Source: Octopus vulgaris
Taxonomy: Eukaryota
Direction: 5' to 3'
Assembly: GCA_951406725.2 (NCBI GenBank)
Contig: OX597820.1
Coordinates: 88,040,001-88,104,000 of the forward strand
DNA length: 64,000 nt
This document shows positions 11,042 to 24,389 of this stretch, piece after piece. Position 1 is the first letter of the stretch, and each line of letters starts with the position of its first letter. Under the pieces are notes generated by a model, which saw nothing but the letters and a program-made list of their open reading frames with translations, did no database searches and was not told the origin of the DNA. The position numbers and the translations under genes were made by a program.

Positions 11042-11962
11042 GGGGTTATCCCGTAAATAATGCAGCTTTTTCAATTGCATGAACTAAAAGTCAGTGGGAG
11101 AAGACGGGTTAAACTTCCTGCATCAACTTGCTATAAAAGCAGGTTATAGTTTTATCGTGTACTTATTCTTATTGAAAGTTTTGAAGAGTGAAGTTTGATT
11201 TTAACAGTTATTTTTTTTTTTTCAAAGCTATAATGGAAGTGACAAAGGAGCATATTCGGTATATTTAGCTTTATGAGTTCAATAAAGTCAACAATACAAT
11301 GGAAAGTGCGAGAAATATTAATGCAGTGTATGCGGATCAGACAATAAATGTAAGTCAGTGTCAACAATAGTTCTAGAAATTCCAAGCTGGAAGCCAAAAG
11401 CCTAGAAGACAGGCTTCGTACTGCAAGATTTACAGAGCTCGACGAGGACGTCCTGCAAACCCTGGTGGAACAAAATTCCATATTAACTGTTGGGGAACTT
11501 GCAGAGAAGCTTGGATTTGGTCATTCAGCCTGTCATTCAAGTCAGCTCTAGAAGAAAAACGACCATCTTTGGTTTCAAGACGAAAGGTGTTCTTCCATGC
11601 TCGACCATATACAACAAAGATGACATTCCAAAGGCTGGGGCAGTTTGAATGGGAAATGATGCCCCACCCACTATATTCGTCGGGCATTGCCCCATCTGAT
11701 TACCATTTATTCTGCAGTCTTCAAAATCATTTGGACGCAGAAAATATGAATTCTGTAGATGAGGACAGAACAGTACTAGAGGAGTATTCTTCGCCATGGA
11801 TAAGTGAATCTTGGAAGAGGGGTTTTTGCAGGTCTACCAGACAGATGGAAGAGCATTGTAGAAAATGAAGGAGAGTGTATTTTAGATTAAAAAAGAACTT
11901 TATCTTAATTTTGAAAAATGAAAGAAGTATAAAAGAAACACACTTTTTATGGAATGACCCAA
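11040..11962 (+). mobile_element. mariner transposon, internally deleted
   Basis: MEVTKEHIRY.. N-terminus at 11232; HPLYSSGIAPSDYHLF (YSPDLAP motif) in ORF 11569-11868; degenerate TIRs next to TA. Confidence 0.9.
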
Positions 11963-12087
11963 TATATACATATATGTTTCAAGACCCGATTTCACATCAG
12001 GAATCTTGCAACATAACTATATATATATATGTATATATAAACACGCACACGCACGCACACGCACACACATACACACATACATACACA

Positions 12088-12270
12088 CACTGGCTCGAAA
12101 GGTCTGGCTGGAGGCCCAACCTTCGGAGTTCTTTTACATGGCTGAGGAAAACTGGTGGACGGCTGCAATAAGTGCGTGAGTCTGAGAAGGGGACATGTTG
12201 AATACAATAATTAACTGGTCCTCCTATATTTTCTTTTACTCAAGGCCAAGTACTTTTCAGCACCCCCTCG
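12088..12270 (+). mobile_element. mariner 3' end fragment
   Basis: KLVDGCNKCVSLRRGHVE (RW.KCV...GDYVE motif) followed by the TIR-like ACTTTTCAGCACCCCCTCG. Confidence 0.7.
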
Positions 12271-12305
12271 AGAGTGTTTATATCTATCAATCAATCAATC
12301 AATCA

Positions 12306-12425
<120 letters not shown>

Positions 12426-13160
12426 CATAGGTCCCACGAAATCTTTCAGAGGACATATTTCCCATAATAATGTCATCTTTGATATGTGCATAAAAAATTA
12501 GCTCCGAGTCAAATTCATATCTGAACCCATGTGATGTAAATAGCTTCTCTACAAATTCTCTTATGCAAATTTTTGTTCACCGTTTGCGCTCTAAATACTC
12601 TGTATATGTTTATATTTAATGTCTTCTATTTTGGCTCCTTTCTATATTGTTGACATATCCTGTGTTATACCTACATATCTCTATTATTGTATATGGTGTT
12701 TATTGAATATAAATAAATATCGATATATCCTTTGTCACTTTCAATTGAAATATATATATATATATATGCACACGCGCTCACACATTTCCAATACCAGGCG
12801 CTTCCTCAGTATGACCTTAGTCGTTATGGCTAAAACATACTAAATAACTAAAAGGAACATAACCAGTGGTCTAATAATAGATGATAATATACTTTTCAGC
12901 CTCGTGGAATAGTACGTATTGTATCTAAAGTGCTTCTCCTTCTTTCCACACTACTCTTTTCTCCCTCTCTTTCTTTTCCCTTCATTCTTCCTCTCTCTCT
13001 TCCTTTCCCTTCGCCCTCTCTCTATTTCTTTCCTTGTCGCTTTCTTTCTCTCTCGCTATACAATGGTTTACTTCAGTGATAGCAGTCATATTTTTTAAAT
13101 CTGGTCTGTCTACAAAAGTGCTCTTCATCATCGGAGTGTTATTTTCCTTCACATTCTGCC

Positions 13161-13199
<39 letters not shown>

Positions 13200-13741
13200 C
13201 GCGCGTGCGGGCATATTATACACATATACATACGTGTGCGTATTCGCACACATTCACATATTCATACACGCATACATATTCTCCACAGTTTTAGATGTGT
13301 ACCAATTATATTTTCTTAAAAATGACCCCACAGTAAGTCTTTGGTCTCTTTTTCTCCATGTGTCTCTCCCTTATTTTCTCTCCCTCCTCCTTTCTCTTTC
13401 TGTCACAGCTTCTTCTTCTTCTTCTTCTTCTTCTTCTTCTTCTTCTTCTTCTTCTTCTTCTTCTTCTTCTTCTTCTTCTTCTTTCTTTCTTTCTTTCTGT
13501 CTCTCTCTCTCCCTCCCTCCATCTCCCTTTCTGTCTGTCTCTTATTTCTCTTCAAAGTGGTTTGTTGCCTGTAAAAACATAAAAGTGTCTAGTTGAAACC
13601 CCTCTCTGTGTATGAGTGTGTATGCCTGTGTGCGTGAGTGTGGTTATGTGTATGTGGTGTGTGTGTGTGTGTGTGTGTGTGTGTTGGGAGGTTTGAGGCC
13701 TGAACTAAGAAGGAAGGACTATCTTTAACTTTCCTGTTTAA

Positions 13742-14070
13742 TTTACCATTAACGCTTAATGCAAAATGTATAAACAAAGTAATTTTATACAGAGCTAAGT
13801 CAACATCCCAAGTGAGTATCATAAAAATGGAGAAAGAATATACCGCTCTGTATGAAGGCAGCTTAAGAACCTGTTTCGTATACAAGTCCACATATAGAAA
13901 TGGAGAGAAAAGGGAATGCAAAGCTTTATCGGGACTTGTATTGAAACTGAAAGACATATACATGAACCGCTTTGATATCGAAAGATAATCGTACATGCTA
14001 TACCATGCATGCTATGCCATCTCAGTACTGCTGAGAAATACCACATTTTAACGAACCAACGAATGTTATC
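13742..14070 (+). mobile_element. Penelope-like element GIY-YIG endonuclease remnant
   Basis: Hand translation: LNAKCINKVILYRAK...KEYTALYEGSLRT...KSTYRNGEKRECKALSGLVLKLKD...CHLSTAEKYHIL, collinear with the Penelope/Poseidon endonuclease pattern. Confidence 0.7.
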
Positions 14071-14829
14071 TCTATGAGTTAAAACGAGAGCCTTCATACG
14101 ATCGGCCAACCTACTAGATGTAATAGCCAAATCTCCTTTGACTCCCTAATGTCTTAACAAAAGAACATAGTCGATGTTTTCTAACATTTGCCAAAGGACA
14201 GATGCCTCATGACTAAGGCACCTTTACTCATAGGTCTGTTGTATGCGAGCTTGCATAGGACTATAAAAAAAAAAGAACAACCACATTTTAACACGGTATT
14301 TCGATACACTAAATATAAACATTTGAAGAAGAAATGAGAATTAGATATAATTACTGACAGCATGAAGATTACTTGGGAATTATGACAGCAAAATAACACC
14401 CAGCGGATCTAGAGCAAATAAAAAGAAAAATATCTCAGAGCTGTCTGTTGATAAGCCGGAAGTAAAATACAGGCCTTTTCTAATGAGACTAAACGTCAAA
14501 AACAAATGAGATAAAAATAAAACATAACAATATCCGTTTTAATATGCTACCTGAAGACCGTCGACTGGCGCGCGAAGTTACGAATAACGTATACAATAGA
14601 ACAAAAGGCAAACTAGATAAATATTACCCTACTGCACGTATTGAATACTCTTTACTTTGTTACGCAAAACTGAAAATAGGACACATGCATATGTTCACAA
14701 ATAACAAATATCTTTCTTTTTTAGATATGTTACATTAAAGACATATCTGTGTTTGAATTTAATCGTTTTAATAGATAATTTTTCATATTTCATAATTAGA
14801 TCTTCAAAACGCTCAACAATCTCACCACT

Positions 14830-14965
14830 AGGAGTGTGGCCAAGTGATTAAAACTTTCAGCTCACGGTCGTGGGTTCGATTCGTGGTCCGGAAAGAGCGT
14901 TGTTCTTAAGCAAGGTACATCATTTCACGTTGCACCAGTTCACTCTGCCGAAGATTAGTACCAGC
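14830..14965 (+). mobile_element. SINE family D, 5' fragment
   Basis: tRNA-like head then TTGTTCTTAAGCAAGG..TTTCACGTTGCACCAGTTCACTC, as in the copy at 28324. Confidence 0.7.
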
Positions 14966-15289
14966 TTAGTAATGATGCAGTTTTTTTCTTACTCCTGCTT
15001 TCTTTGATGTTCCATTAGGTGAATAATGAGAGTGACTAGGTATCTATGTCTAGTCATAAATACATAGACGCCTAAAACAATTATTGAGAGTATAGTACAA
15101 GGTATCAGGTCAAACTCGCTTGAGAATGACGGCAAAGCTATAGATTAGATCCTTACGTACAGCGTGAAATAGTAACTTACTTATACCTATTAACGTTTCT
15201 ACAGGTTTCCGAAATAAAGATACTATAAGATCTTCGAGGATACTATTAGATGTTGCACAAGCACCCAGCTTTGAGTGCGTTTTCCAGGG

Positions 15290-15757
15290 TGGCATTTTCC
15301 AGGGTGAATCACTATCACCACTCCTCTTTTGCCTAGACTTAATAACTCTCTCAAAATTGCTCAATGATGCACAATACGGTTATAAAATGTTTGATAGAAA
15401 TATAAATCATCTCATTTACATGGATGATTTAAAGCTCTTTGCAAAAAATGACCAACGATTCAAGGGCTTACTAGCGATTGTTAAACAATTCAGTGATGAC
15501 ATCAGGATGCAATTTGGCCTCAATAAATGTGCAAAAGCTACCTTTATCAAAAGGAAAATGACAGAAACATCTAACGTTAACCTTGACCAGCAGAATGTCA
15601 TAAACGAGTTAGAACCAGCGGAGAGCTACAAATACTTAGGGGTAATTGAAGGGAACGAAATCAAACATTCAGTGATGACGAAAAGGATCAGAAGAGAATG
15701 GGATCAGGATCAGAAGGGAATGTTATCGCAGGGAGAGAGCAATACTCAAGACAGATT
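15290..15757 (+). mobile_element. R4/Dong-type reverse transcriptase internal fragment
   Basis: GIFQGESLSPLLFCL...NHLIYMDDLKLFAKND...YKYLG, homologous to the element at 19891-23016. Confidence 0.9.
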
Positions 15758-15807
15758 ACGTAATCCCTGTTTTTTAGTCATTCATTAATTATAGTTATTA
15801 TTATATT

Positions 15808-16260
15808 GGTTTCAAATTTTGGCAGAGAGCTAGCAAGTTCGGGGGAGGGGCTAAGTCGATTAAATCGATACCAGTGCTCAACTGGTACTTATCTTATTTA
15901 AGGCGGCGAGCTGGCAGAAACGTTAGCACGCCGGGCGAAATGCTTAGCGGTATTTCGTCTGCGTTACGTTGTGAGTTCAAATTCCGCCGAGGTCGACTTT
16001 GCCTTTCATCCTTTCGGGGTCGATAAATTAAGTACCAGTTACGCACTGGGGTCGATGTAATCGACTTAATACCTATGTCTGTCCTTGTTTGTCCCCTCTG
16101 TGTTTAGCCCCTTGTGGGTAATAAAGAAATAGGCACTTATTTTATCGATCTCGAAAGGATGAAAGGTAAAGTCGGCATTTTAATGCAGAGCATAAAGACA
16201 GAAGAAAAAGCACACAGCATTTTGCCCGGTTTTGCTGACAATTCTGCCAGCTCACTACCT
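15808..16260 (-). mobile_element. Older SINE family B copy, interrupted by a young antisense copy
   Basis: Tail at about 15808-15892 and head at 16132-16260, both on the minus strand. Confidence 0.8.
15901..16131 (+). mobile_element. SINE family B (Meta-domain-like), young full copy
   Basis: GGCGGCGAGCTGGCAGAAACGTTAGCACG head; central CCGAGGTCGACTTTGCCTTTCATCCTTTCGGGGTCGATAAA resembling the Meta/Sauria SINE domain; AAAGAAATA tail. Confidence 0.9.
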
Positions 16261-16389
16261 TGATTGTGGTTTCTATATTGAGGTGAGATTGTATTATTGC
16301 AAATATGCTTCACGAGAAATATAACATTGATATTTTCAGACATACAACAACCGAAGAAAAAAAACACTCACAAGTGAGATATTACCAAT

Positions 16390-16593
16390 AATTGAGTTGA
16401 CAGTGATTTGAAACGTTCACCACTAGTTAGGCTTGTCAGATTGACGTCTTGACGACGCCAAGTATTGGCAAATCTATGTACAAATAATTTTACCGATGGT
16501 GACTTCGATGTTTCGCCAGTAATTGGCTCCCCGGATTGACAGCCTGACAAGACTAGTTAGTAGTGAAATCTTAACGTCACTGTCAACAAAATT
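16390..16593. mobile_element. Decayed foldback element or MITE
   Basis: GTTGACAGTGA..TTCACCACTAGTTAGGCTTGTCAG pairs with CTGACAAGACTAGTTAGTAGTGAA..TCACTGTCAAC; inner GCCAAGTATTGGC / GCCAGTAATTGGC. Confidence 0.7.
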
Positions 16594-16799
16594 CTTATTA
16601 ACATCTGACTCTACACTTGTGAGTATTTTCTTCGGTGATACATATGCAGTTGCATGTGTGAAGGAATAAACTTCACACTTGTTAATCCTAACCCTGTTTG
16701 CACTAATACAGTCCCACCTAAACATAATAACTACAGTGTGAACCAAACTAATTGGCAATTAGAATTTTTTTTCCTTTTTTGTATTTTGTGATATAGATT

Positions 16800-17120
16800 C
16801 ATTTTAAAGCTATATTAACCTCCCATAAACTTATAACAGCAGAAACATTTTATAAACTCATTTTATAACTAAAACAACTTTCCATTTATGAATTCAATTA
16901 TGACTACACCAACCTTCCATAAACTTGTTTATGAATACAATAAGCTTTCATAAATACATTTTATAATTATACCCACCTTCCGTAAATAAATTCTATAACT
17001 ACATAAGCCTTCCATAAATTCATTTATGACTACTTTAACCTTTCATAAACTCATTTTGTAAATACTATAGTCTTTCCTAAACTCATTTTATCACCACGTC
17101 AACCTCTCAACAATTCATTT
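16800..17120. repeat. Degenerate minisatellite with a period of about 31-32 bp
   Basis: CCTT(C/T)CATAAA recurs near 16913, 16945, 16976, 17008, 17039 and 17071, each time followed by an ATTTTATAACTA-like segment. Confidence 0.75.
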
Positions 17121-17759
17121 AACTTGCCGTCAGTTCATTAAATAAAAGCTCATTAAATAATCTTCAATTTGAAATATTTCATACAATTAGATTTTAAGAA
17201 TAATTCTATAAATTGTACAATAATTATATTATTTTATCTAATTCGTTAATTTTTGCCGATGTATGAATAATTTCTCACACGTTAATGATATATTTGCTGT
17301 GGAATTATTTTTGGTATAAAAATATTTTTGATTTTTGTGTAGACGCAAGATTATTTTAATGTATGCGGAGGAGAGGCAGGCTTGTGGGCTAACTAGGATT
17401 CCGTTTAATTACCAACCATGATTAAGGTCTGATTAAGTGTAGCTGACCGAAACTACACAACAAGAACATACTAGATCTTATTTGCAGCAAGTAAAACAGG
17501 ACGTTTTTGAAAGTAAGAGAACGGGACAAGGGGAAGAATGTTCTTCAAATGAAGAACGCTCCTTTCAATCATGTAATTTAACCATAACTCCAGGTTGATA
17601 GCCTCCACACCCACGTCACCCATGACTATCAGATGCTCTTTTTTTGCTGATATTTTAATTCTTATCTTGCCAACATATGTTCCATCTTTTTTATGTGAGT
17701 TATACTGGGGAATGCTGTTTTTTTTTTTTTTTTTCACTTTTTCCTATTTAAAACAACGG

Positions 17760-17840
17760 AGCCTCTTCGTACGTGGTCGCTCGACCAAATAGAAATAATA
17801 CATATATTCTCTTAAATCGCACCCTTCTTCCTTAGAAAAA
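17760..17840 (+). repeat. Old dispersed repeat of about 80 bp (other copies near 25-105, 14090-14160, 28890-28960, 49725-49790, 55985-56050, 63500-63560)
   Basis: Shared pattern of the form CGTGGTCGCTCGACC.ACTAGAAATAGCA.CCAAATCTC in both orientations. Confidence 0.6.
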
Positions 17841-17905
17841 AGTACACATTATGTATGTATGTATGTATGTATGTATGTATGTATGTATGTATGTATGTAT
17901 GTATG

Positions 17906-17951
<46 letters not shown>

Positions 17952-18029
17952 TATATATATACACATATATATATATATATATATATACATATATACATAC
18001 ATATATATACATATAAGCACACACACACA

Positions 18030-18070
<41 letters not shown>

Positions 18071-18237
18071 TCACAAGGAAGAGTCTAAGAGTCTGTTCCT
18101 CATTAGTAAACAGTTGTTGTTGTTGCTTAGCGCCAAGTCGAATCTGGTCGAACACACAATCCATTGCAATCAAACAATGGCCATCCCATTTTTATTCAGT
18201 AATGGTGCACGTCACACATGTCACCCATGTAGTCTTA

Positions 18238-18301
<64 letters not shown>

Positions 18302-18377
18302 TTGTGTGTGCGCGCGTGTTTATAATTTTTATGACTTATTCAGAGAAGGAAGGGCAGCGCCATGCCTCTTTTTTCAG

Positions 18378-18534
18378 ACTTTGCGAAGGCGAGAGGAAAT
18401 TATTCTCAAATCGAATTCCTGACAAAGAAGACTCTGTTAAAGGCGCCAAAAAGGACACGTGTAGATGCTAAACTTAGTGATGAATTAAGTTTTTCATCCA
18501 AGGAAAGAGACGGTCCATCGGCGGTGGTTTCACA
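18378..18534 (+). CDS. Candidate internal coding exon of an unidentified host gene (157 bp)
   Basis: Acceptor CTCTTTTTTCAG and donor CA/GTGAGT. Stop-free frame [51 protein letters not shown]. No homologue recognised. Confidence 0.35.
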
Positions 18535-18539
18535 GTGAG

Positions 18540-18685
18540 TATTTGACTCTAAATTCCTCTCACAAGGCTTTGGTTTACTCTAGACTATAGCAGAAGACAT
18601 TTGCACAAAGTGCTGGGCAGTGGATCTGAACCAGAAACGACGTATTTGCGAAGCAAACTTGTTAACTATACAGCCATGTCTGCTG
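18540..18685 (-). mobile_element. SINE family A, 5' fragment (diverged)
   Basis: CTCACAAGGCTTTGG..CTATAGCAGAAGACATTTGCACAAAGTGC matches the family A head in reverse. Confidence 0.75.
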
Positions 18686-18702
18686 GACAATGTAATCCGA
18701 GG

Positions 18703-18772
<70 letters not shown>

Positions 18773-18806
18773 TTAAAAAAAAAATAAATAAATAAAAATA
18801 ATAATG

Positions 18807-18855
<49 letters not shown>

Positions 18856-18863
18856 TAATAATG

Positions 18864-18938
<75 letters not shown>

Positions 18939-18984
18939 GCAGCAACTACAACAACGTCAACAACAACAACAACAACAACAATAA

Positions 18985-19170
18985 TGGCTTCAAATTTTGC
19001 TACCACGGCAGTCATTTTTGGGGAGTATTTCACTGGTACTTAATTTATCGACACCGAAAGGATGAAAGGCAAAGTCGACCTCGGCGGAATTTGAACTCAG
19101 AACGGAGTGACGGGCGAAATACTGCTAAGCATTTCGTCCAGCGTGCTAACATCTCTGTCAGCTCACCGTC
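18985..19170 (-). mobile_element. SINE family B copy
   Basis: GAAAGGATGAAAGGCAAAGTCGACCTCGGCGGAATTTGAACTCAG. Confidence 0.85.
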
Positions 19171-19264
<94 letters not shown>

Positions 19265-19276
19265 TAATAATAATAA

Positions 19277-19474
19277 TACATAACAAAAACACCAGGACTT
19301 ACAAACACATATAACATACAGAAAATTGCACTACTAGGCACTGCACACATCCTACGCAGAACACTTTCCATACAATAACCATCAGAGCATCACAACAAAT
19401 CACAGCACATACCCAAGGCAGACAGAGCTGCGCTCGGTAGTGAAGTGAAAGCACGCTATAAAAATAAAACTACG

Positions 19475-19476
<2 letters not shown>
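19277..19476 (+). mobile_element. R4/Dong-type 3' end fragment in (TAA)n
   Basis: ITKTPGLTNTYNIQKIALLGTAHILRRTLSIQ* matches the C-terminus of the large element (IQKIVLTSTAHILRKTLSM*); distinct 3' UTR; TAA repeats on both sides. Confidence 0.85.
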
Positions 19477-19890
<414 letters not shown>

Positions 19891-22800
19891 TACTTTTAAT
19901 CTGCATGTTTGATGCAATCACCTGCCGGGGCACACCCAGCGCCCTAGGGCAAGTGAAGGTTAAGAGTTGTTGAAATATAGCTGAAAGCTTGGGGAGGGGA
20001 AGTAGAGAAATATCTCCATGTAATACAAACACAAACATTTACATTGATAGGGTTTTTCTAAGGATGTGGGCAGTACTTGTTAGCACAATCTTTTGGATTT
20101 CCTTGAGACATGGTTTTCCAGGGATATTGTCTAGGTGTTTCTGACATCCCTTTTTTATCATACCTAGGGCACCTACAATAACAGGAACAGTTTTTGTTTT
20201 AAGATTCCACATCCTCTGTATTTCGATTTCCAGGTCCTTATATTTACTAAGTTTGTCAAATTCCTTGACAGATACATTTTTATCAGTGGGGACGCTTACT
20301 TCTATTAGTCTGCAGGTATTTTCTTCCCTGTCTTTAACAATTATGTCTGGTCGATTAGCCTTGATCGTTCTGTCAGTGTTGACTGGAAAATCCCAGAGGA
20401 TGGTGACATCTTTACCTTCAACAACTGGCTGAGGATGGTGTTCATACCAGTTAGCAGGAGTGTCGGATTTGTAGTGTTTACATATCTTCCAATGTATATA
20501 CTGTCCTACCCTATCGTGGCGATTTTTGTATTCGTTTGGTGTCAGCACAGGACATCCCGAAACGAGATGGTCTATTGTTTCGTCAAATGTGTCACAGAAT
20601 CTGCATTTAGGGTCAGTACCGTTTCGGAGAACGTTAGCCTGGTAATTTCTGGTAAACAAGCTTTGATCTTGTGCTGCCATTATGAAGCCTTCAGTCTCTG
20701 CTTTCAATCCAGAACTCTTCAGCCACTGATGGGTTGTTGCTTGGTCTACATCAGCATTTTGGCTTCGGAGAATGTATTGTCCATGCAGGGGCTTCTGGCT
20801 CCACCGCGTCTCAATTTGATTCTGCCCATTCTTTTTTGCAGTCTGCCTGATTCGCTTTGCTTGCTTGGTAGCAGTGGTTTCTGGCTCTTCACCTGATTCA
20901 AGGTTAATGCCTAGTTCCCTTTCGAACTTATAAGCTTCCTTGACAATAGAATGCAGCTTTTTGCTGCTTTCGTGTTCACACACAAGTCGCAGCATCCAGT
21001 CTTTTGTACTAGATAGGTACCTGTTCATTCCTACAGTAGAGGTCTTATAGCACAGCTCCAATTGCATCATTCCTCTCCCCCCGCTGCTTCTAGGTAGGTA
21101 CAAGCGGTCTACATCTGCCTTAGGGTGGTGCATGCTCCTGGATGTCAGTAACTTTCTTGTCTTCCTGTCCAAGCGTTGGAGTTCCGTAAGGTTCCAGTTA
21201 ATGATGTTAAAACTGTACTGGACTACTGGAAGTGCCAGGGTGTTAATGGCCTCAATGCAATTTTTGGAGTTGAGTTCAGTCTTCAGTACAAGCCTTATTC
21301 TCCTATAGTACTCCTTTCTTATTTTTTCCTTCATAGTAGCATGATGTATACCATCTCCTTCGTTGATTCCTAGGTATTTGTAGCTTTCTTGTGGGTCAAG
21401 TTCCTTGATGGTAGTGTCAATATCTAATTTAACAGAAGCTGTTTGCCTGAGCTTGCCTCTTACAAAAGTTGCTTTAGCACACTTATCAAGGCCAAAATCC
21501 ATTCCGATATCATTGCTAAACTCTTTAACAGTTGTTAGCAGCCCTTCTAGCTCTTGGTCATTCTTGGCAAACAGCTTTAGATCGTCCATATAAAAAAGGT
21601 GGTTTATTAACTTGCTAAAAACTTTGTACCCATATCTGGCACTATCCAATTCGTTTGAGAGTGGGATCAGTGCCATGCAAAAGTAATGGAGAGAGGGAGT
21701 CACCTTGAAAGATGCCTCGTTTGATGTTGATGCTGTTGGACTGGCTCATCCCATTACTATGGCTTAGAAAGAGACGTGTGTTCCACATGGTCATGCTATT
21801 CTCTAAGAATTTTGAGACGACAGGGGAGATCTTGTATATCTCAAGGGCCTTGAGTATCCATTTATGTGGGACACTGTCATACGCTTTCCTGTAGTCTATC
21901 CATGCCATACTCAGGTTTTTGTTTTTGCTCCGGCAATTCTCTACAATCATTCTGTTTATGAGCAATTGGTCTTTGCACCCATAAGAGTTTCTTTTACAAC
22001 CTTTTTGAGCTTGAGGAAGGATAGAATTTTGTTCAAGGAAAGCGTACATTCTCTCCGTTATTATGGATGTGAGGATTTTGTAGGTGGTGTTGAGACATGT
22101 TATTGGCCGGTAATTCTTTGGGTTTTTTGTGTCTTCGGTTTTAGGTAATAGGTAGGTGGTTCCTTCAGTCAGCCAAGCAGGTATTTGCTCTGGGTTCTGA
22201 ATGACATCAGACAGAGATGCAGCGAGATGTTCGTGTACCTCTGTCAAACAATTCAGCCAGAAGTTAGGGATCCGATCCAGTCCTGGGGTTTTCCATTTAT
22301 GAGCCTTCCTAAGGACACACCTTAGCTCCTCTATTCCTATTGCTTCCCATTTCTGTTCTTCAAGTTCATCCAGTCTCTCTTTCTCACGTTCTATCCAGTC
22401 AGCCTCAGCATTAAACTCTTTTTCGTTGCTCCATACCTTCTTCCAGAACTCCTCCACTTCCTCAATCTTAGGTGGATCTTCTATGTGTATTTTATTTTTG
22501 CCAATTTCCCTATAAAATTTCTTTGCATCTGTCTTAAAAAATTTATTTTGTCGATAAAATTTGTTTCTTTTGTTATACCTTCTAAGCCGTTGAGCTTTCA
22601 ACTGTATCCGTTGTTTCAACAGTTCCTTAGTTGCAGGGAGGTTTATGAGATCTTTGATTTTATATTTTTGCTTGATTTTTCTAGCTTTTCTCGGCTTAAT
22701 ATTCACTCCTCTAGCAAGCTCATCGAGAACTGAAACATCCGCCCGCAGAGATTCAATCTCTTTTTGTATCGCTACTTTCCACTTAGGAGGTTCATTGACA

Positions 22801-23016
22801 TGCCTGGCCTTTTTCTTTGTCATCTTAATACCTAGTTGGGTAGTTACTACGTTAGCAGTGGAATAAATGAGATTATTTAAGGTTGTCAAATCATTCCCCT
22901 TATTTCTTAAGATCTGTCCTAGGGCAACGTTATATGTCATGATTGTGTTGTTATTTCTTGTGCCATTTGAAAACTTTGGTAGTGGTTCTCTATTAACCAT
23001 GTCAGTGAGCTCAATC
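19891..23016 (-). mobile_element. R4/Dong-clade non-LTR retrotransposon (RT plus restriction-like endonuclease), 5'-truncated, one frameshift
   Basis: ORFs 21642-23000 and 20039-21703 carry PGLD, NYRPITCL, IDYRKAYDSV, GIFQGDSLSP, YMDD, CRFC..ETIDHLVSGC zinc knuckle, RHD and RPDI..IEVSVP. Flanked by (TTA)n on both sides, the known Dong target. Confidence 0.95.
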
Positions 23017-23034
23017 TTATTATTATTATTATTA

Positions 23035-23105
<71 letters not shown>

Positions 23106-23106
23106 A

Positions 23107-23630
23107 TCAATGTCCTGATTCAGTACCAGGCAGTGGCTCTCATGGCTTCTGATCTTAACTGATTGGAAGTGTTATCATATTGGAAGTGTTTTGTCTTGGT
23201 ATAAAAGATGGGCTACAGCAAATATTCTGCTCGATACCACAGACTTGCTTGTCAGTTGTTTGATCTTAACCAGTTGAGCATGTCACTTAGTGGCTGACGA
23301 TATGTGCATCTCTGATCATGAGTAGGAGAGCATCATAGCCATGTGTTGAGAAGGATTCTTTGAGGTTTGGATAATTCACCTTTGGAAACATGGGTGGTTC
23401 GTTCAGCATCCTTAAACAACCCTTGTTCAAGGACCTTTTGAGAGGGATGGGCTACTCGACATGAAAAAATATTCTAACTGGGCCCCACCTGCAAGGTTAT
23501 GTGCTGTTTATCTTGATATGAAATCACCATGTCACGCACATATGGTTGTGATGCATGTACCTGGTGTACTCTTATGAGACGGGTAGTCATGATGAGTAAA
23601 CTGAGCTTCATATATTTTACCCCAGAGTCA
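23107..23630 (-). mobile_element. Probable 3' portion of a further Dong-type element
   Basis: Abuts the (TTA)n array at 23017-23103; the minus strand ends ..ITLPIS* followed by a short UTR; decayed. Confidence 0.55.
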
Positions 23631-24389
23631 ACTATAAGCACAAGGCCTGAAATGTGGGGGAGGGTACCAGTCGATCACATTAACCCTAATGTTCCATGCA
23701 TACCAGTCTCTGAATGGTTTCTGACAAATATACAAAGCGCCATCTTTGGAATGTAGATAACGAAAACATATCATTTTAAACCTGAGAAAGTCTTGCATAG
23801 ATTTACTGTTCCACTTACAGGGAACAGGAGGTACAGATGGTGCTCTTGCACCTCCTAAAAATTTTAGGGGGTGCAAAACCAAAATTTTTCACCCCCTGCA
23901 TACTTTGCCAGGTTTAGAAATTGGAGTCTAAACATTGATCTGTAAAAAGTTGCTTGAAGTTAGGTTTCTTCTTCTCAAAACAAGAACAAAGGACAAAAAT
24001 AAATAAATAAAAAGTCCAAAATGTTTACTAAGAAAGCTGGTCATAAAATTCCCAAGTGAATTCTCCACAATGAAAAGCCCTTCACTGTCCAGCAATCCAC
24101 ATTCTTCATTTCTCTGATTACTACAACTGATCCATTATCATCCTCCTCATTGCCATAATATTCTACTGCTACAACCATAACTACTACTACTCTCAGGCCT
24201 TTCTTCCCACCACTGTCCACCTTAATTTGAATGCATACCTCCACAGCGCCATGATAAATCTGGAAACTGTAAATAATATAAAATCTATAAACGCATTATA
24301 CCCCCAAAATATACCAGTTTTCTCAATGCAAGAGACTGTGAATACACAGTAACTGCAATTTTACTCATTTACCTGAGACAAAACATGCA

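Noticed and set aside
14456-14463. ETS-like CCGGAAGT as a promoter
   Set aside because: A single 8-mer with no associated first exon; not supportable.
16800-17120. The 31-32-bp periodic repeat as a CRISPR-like array
   Set aside because: Units are contiguous and degenerate with no unique spacers, there are no cas genes, and the DNA is eukaryotic.
20039-23000. Two overlapping ORFs as a programmed frameshift or ORF1/ORF2 pair
   Set aside because: The break lies inside a conserved RT motif of a single-ORF clade; it is a mutation or sequencing error.
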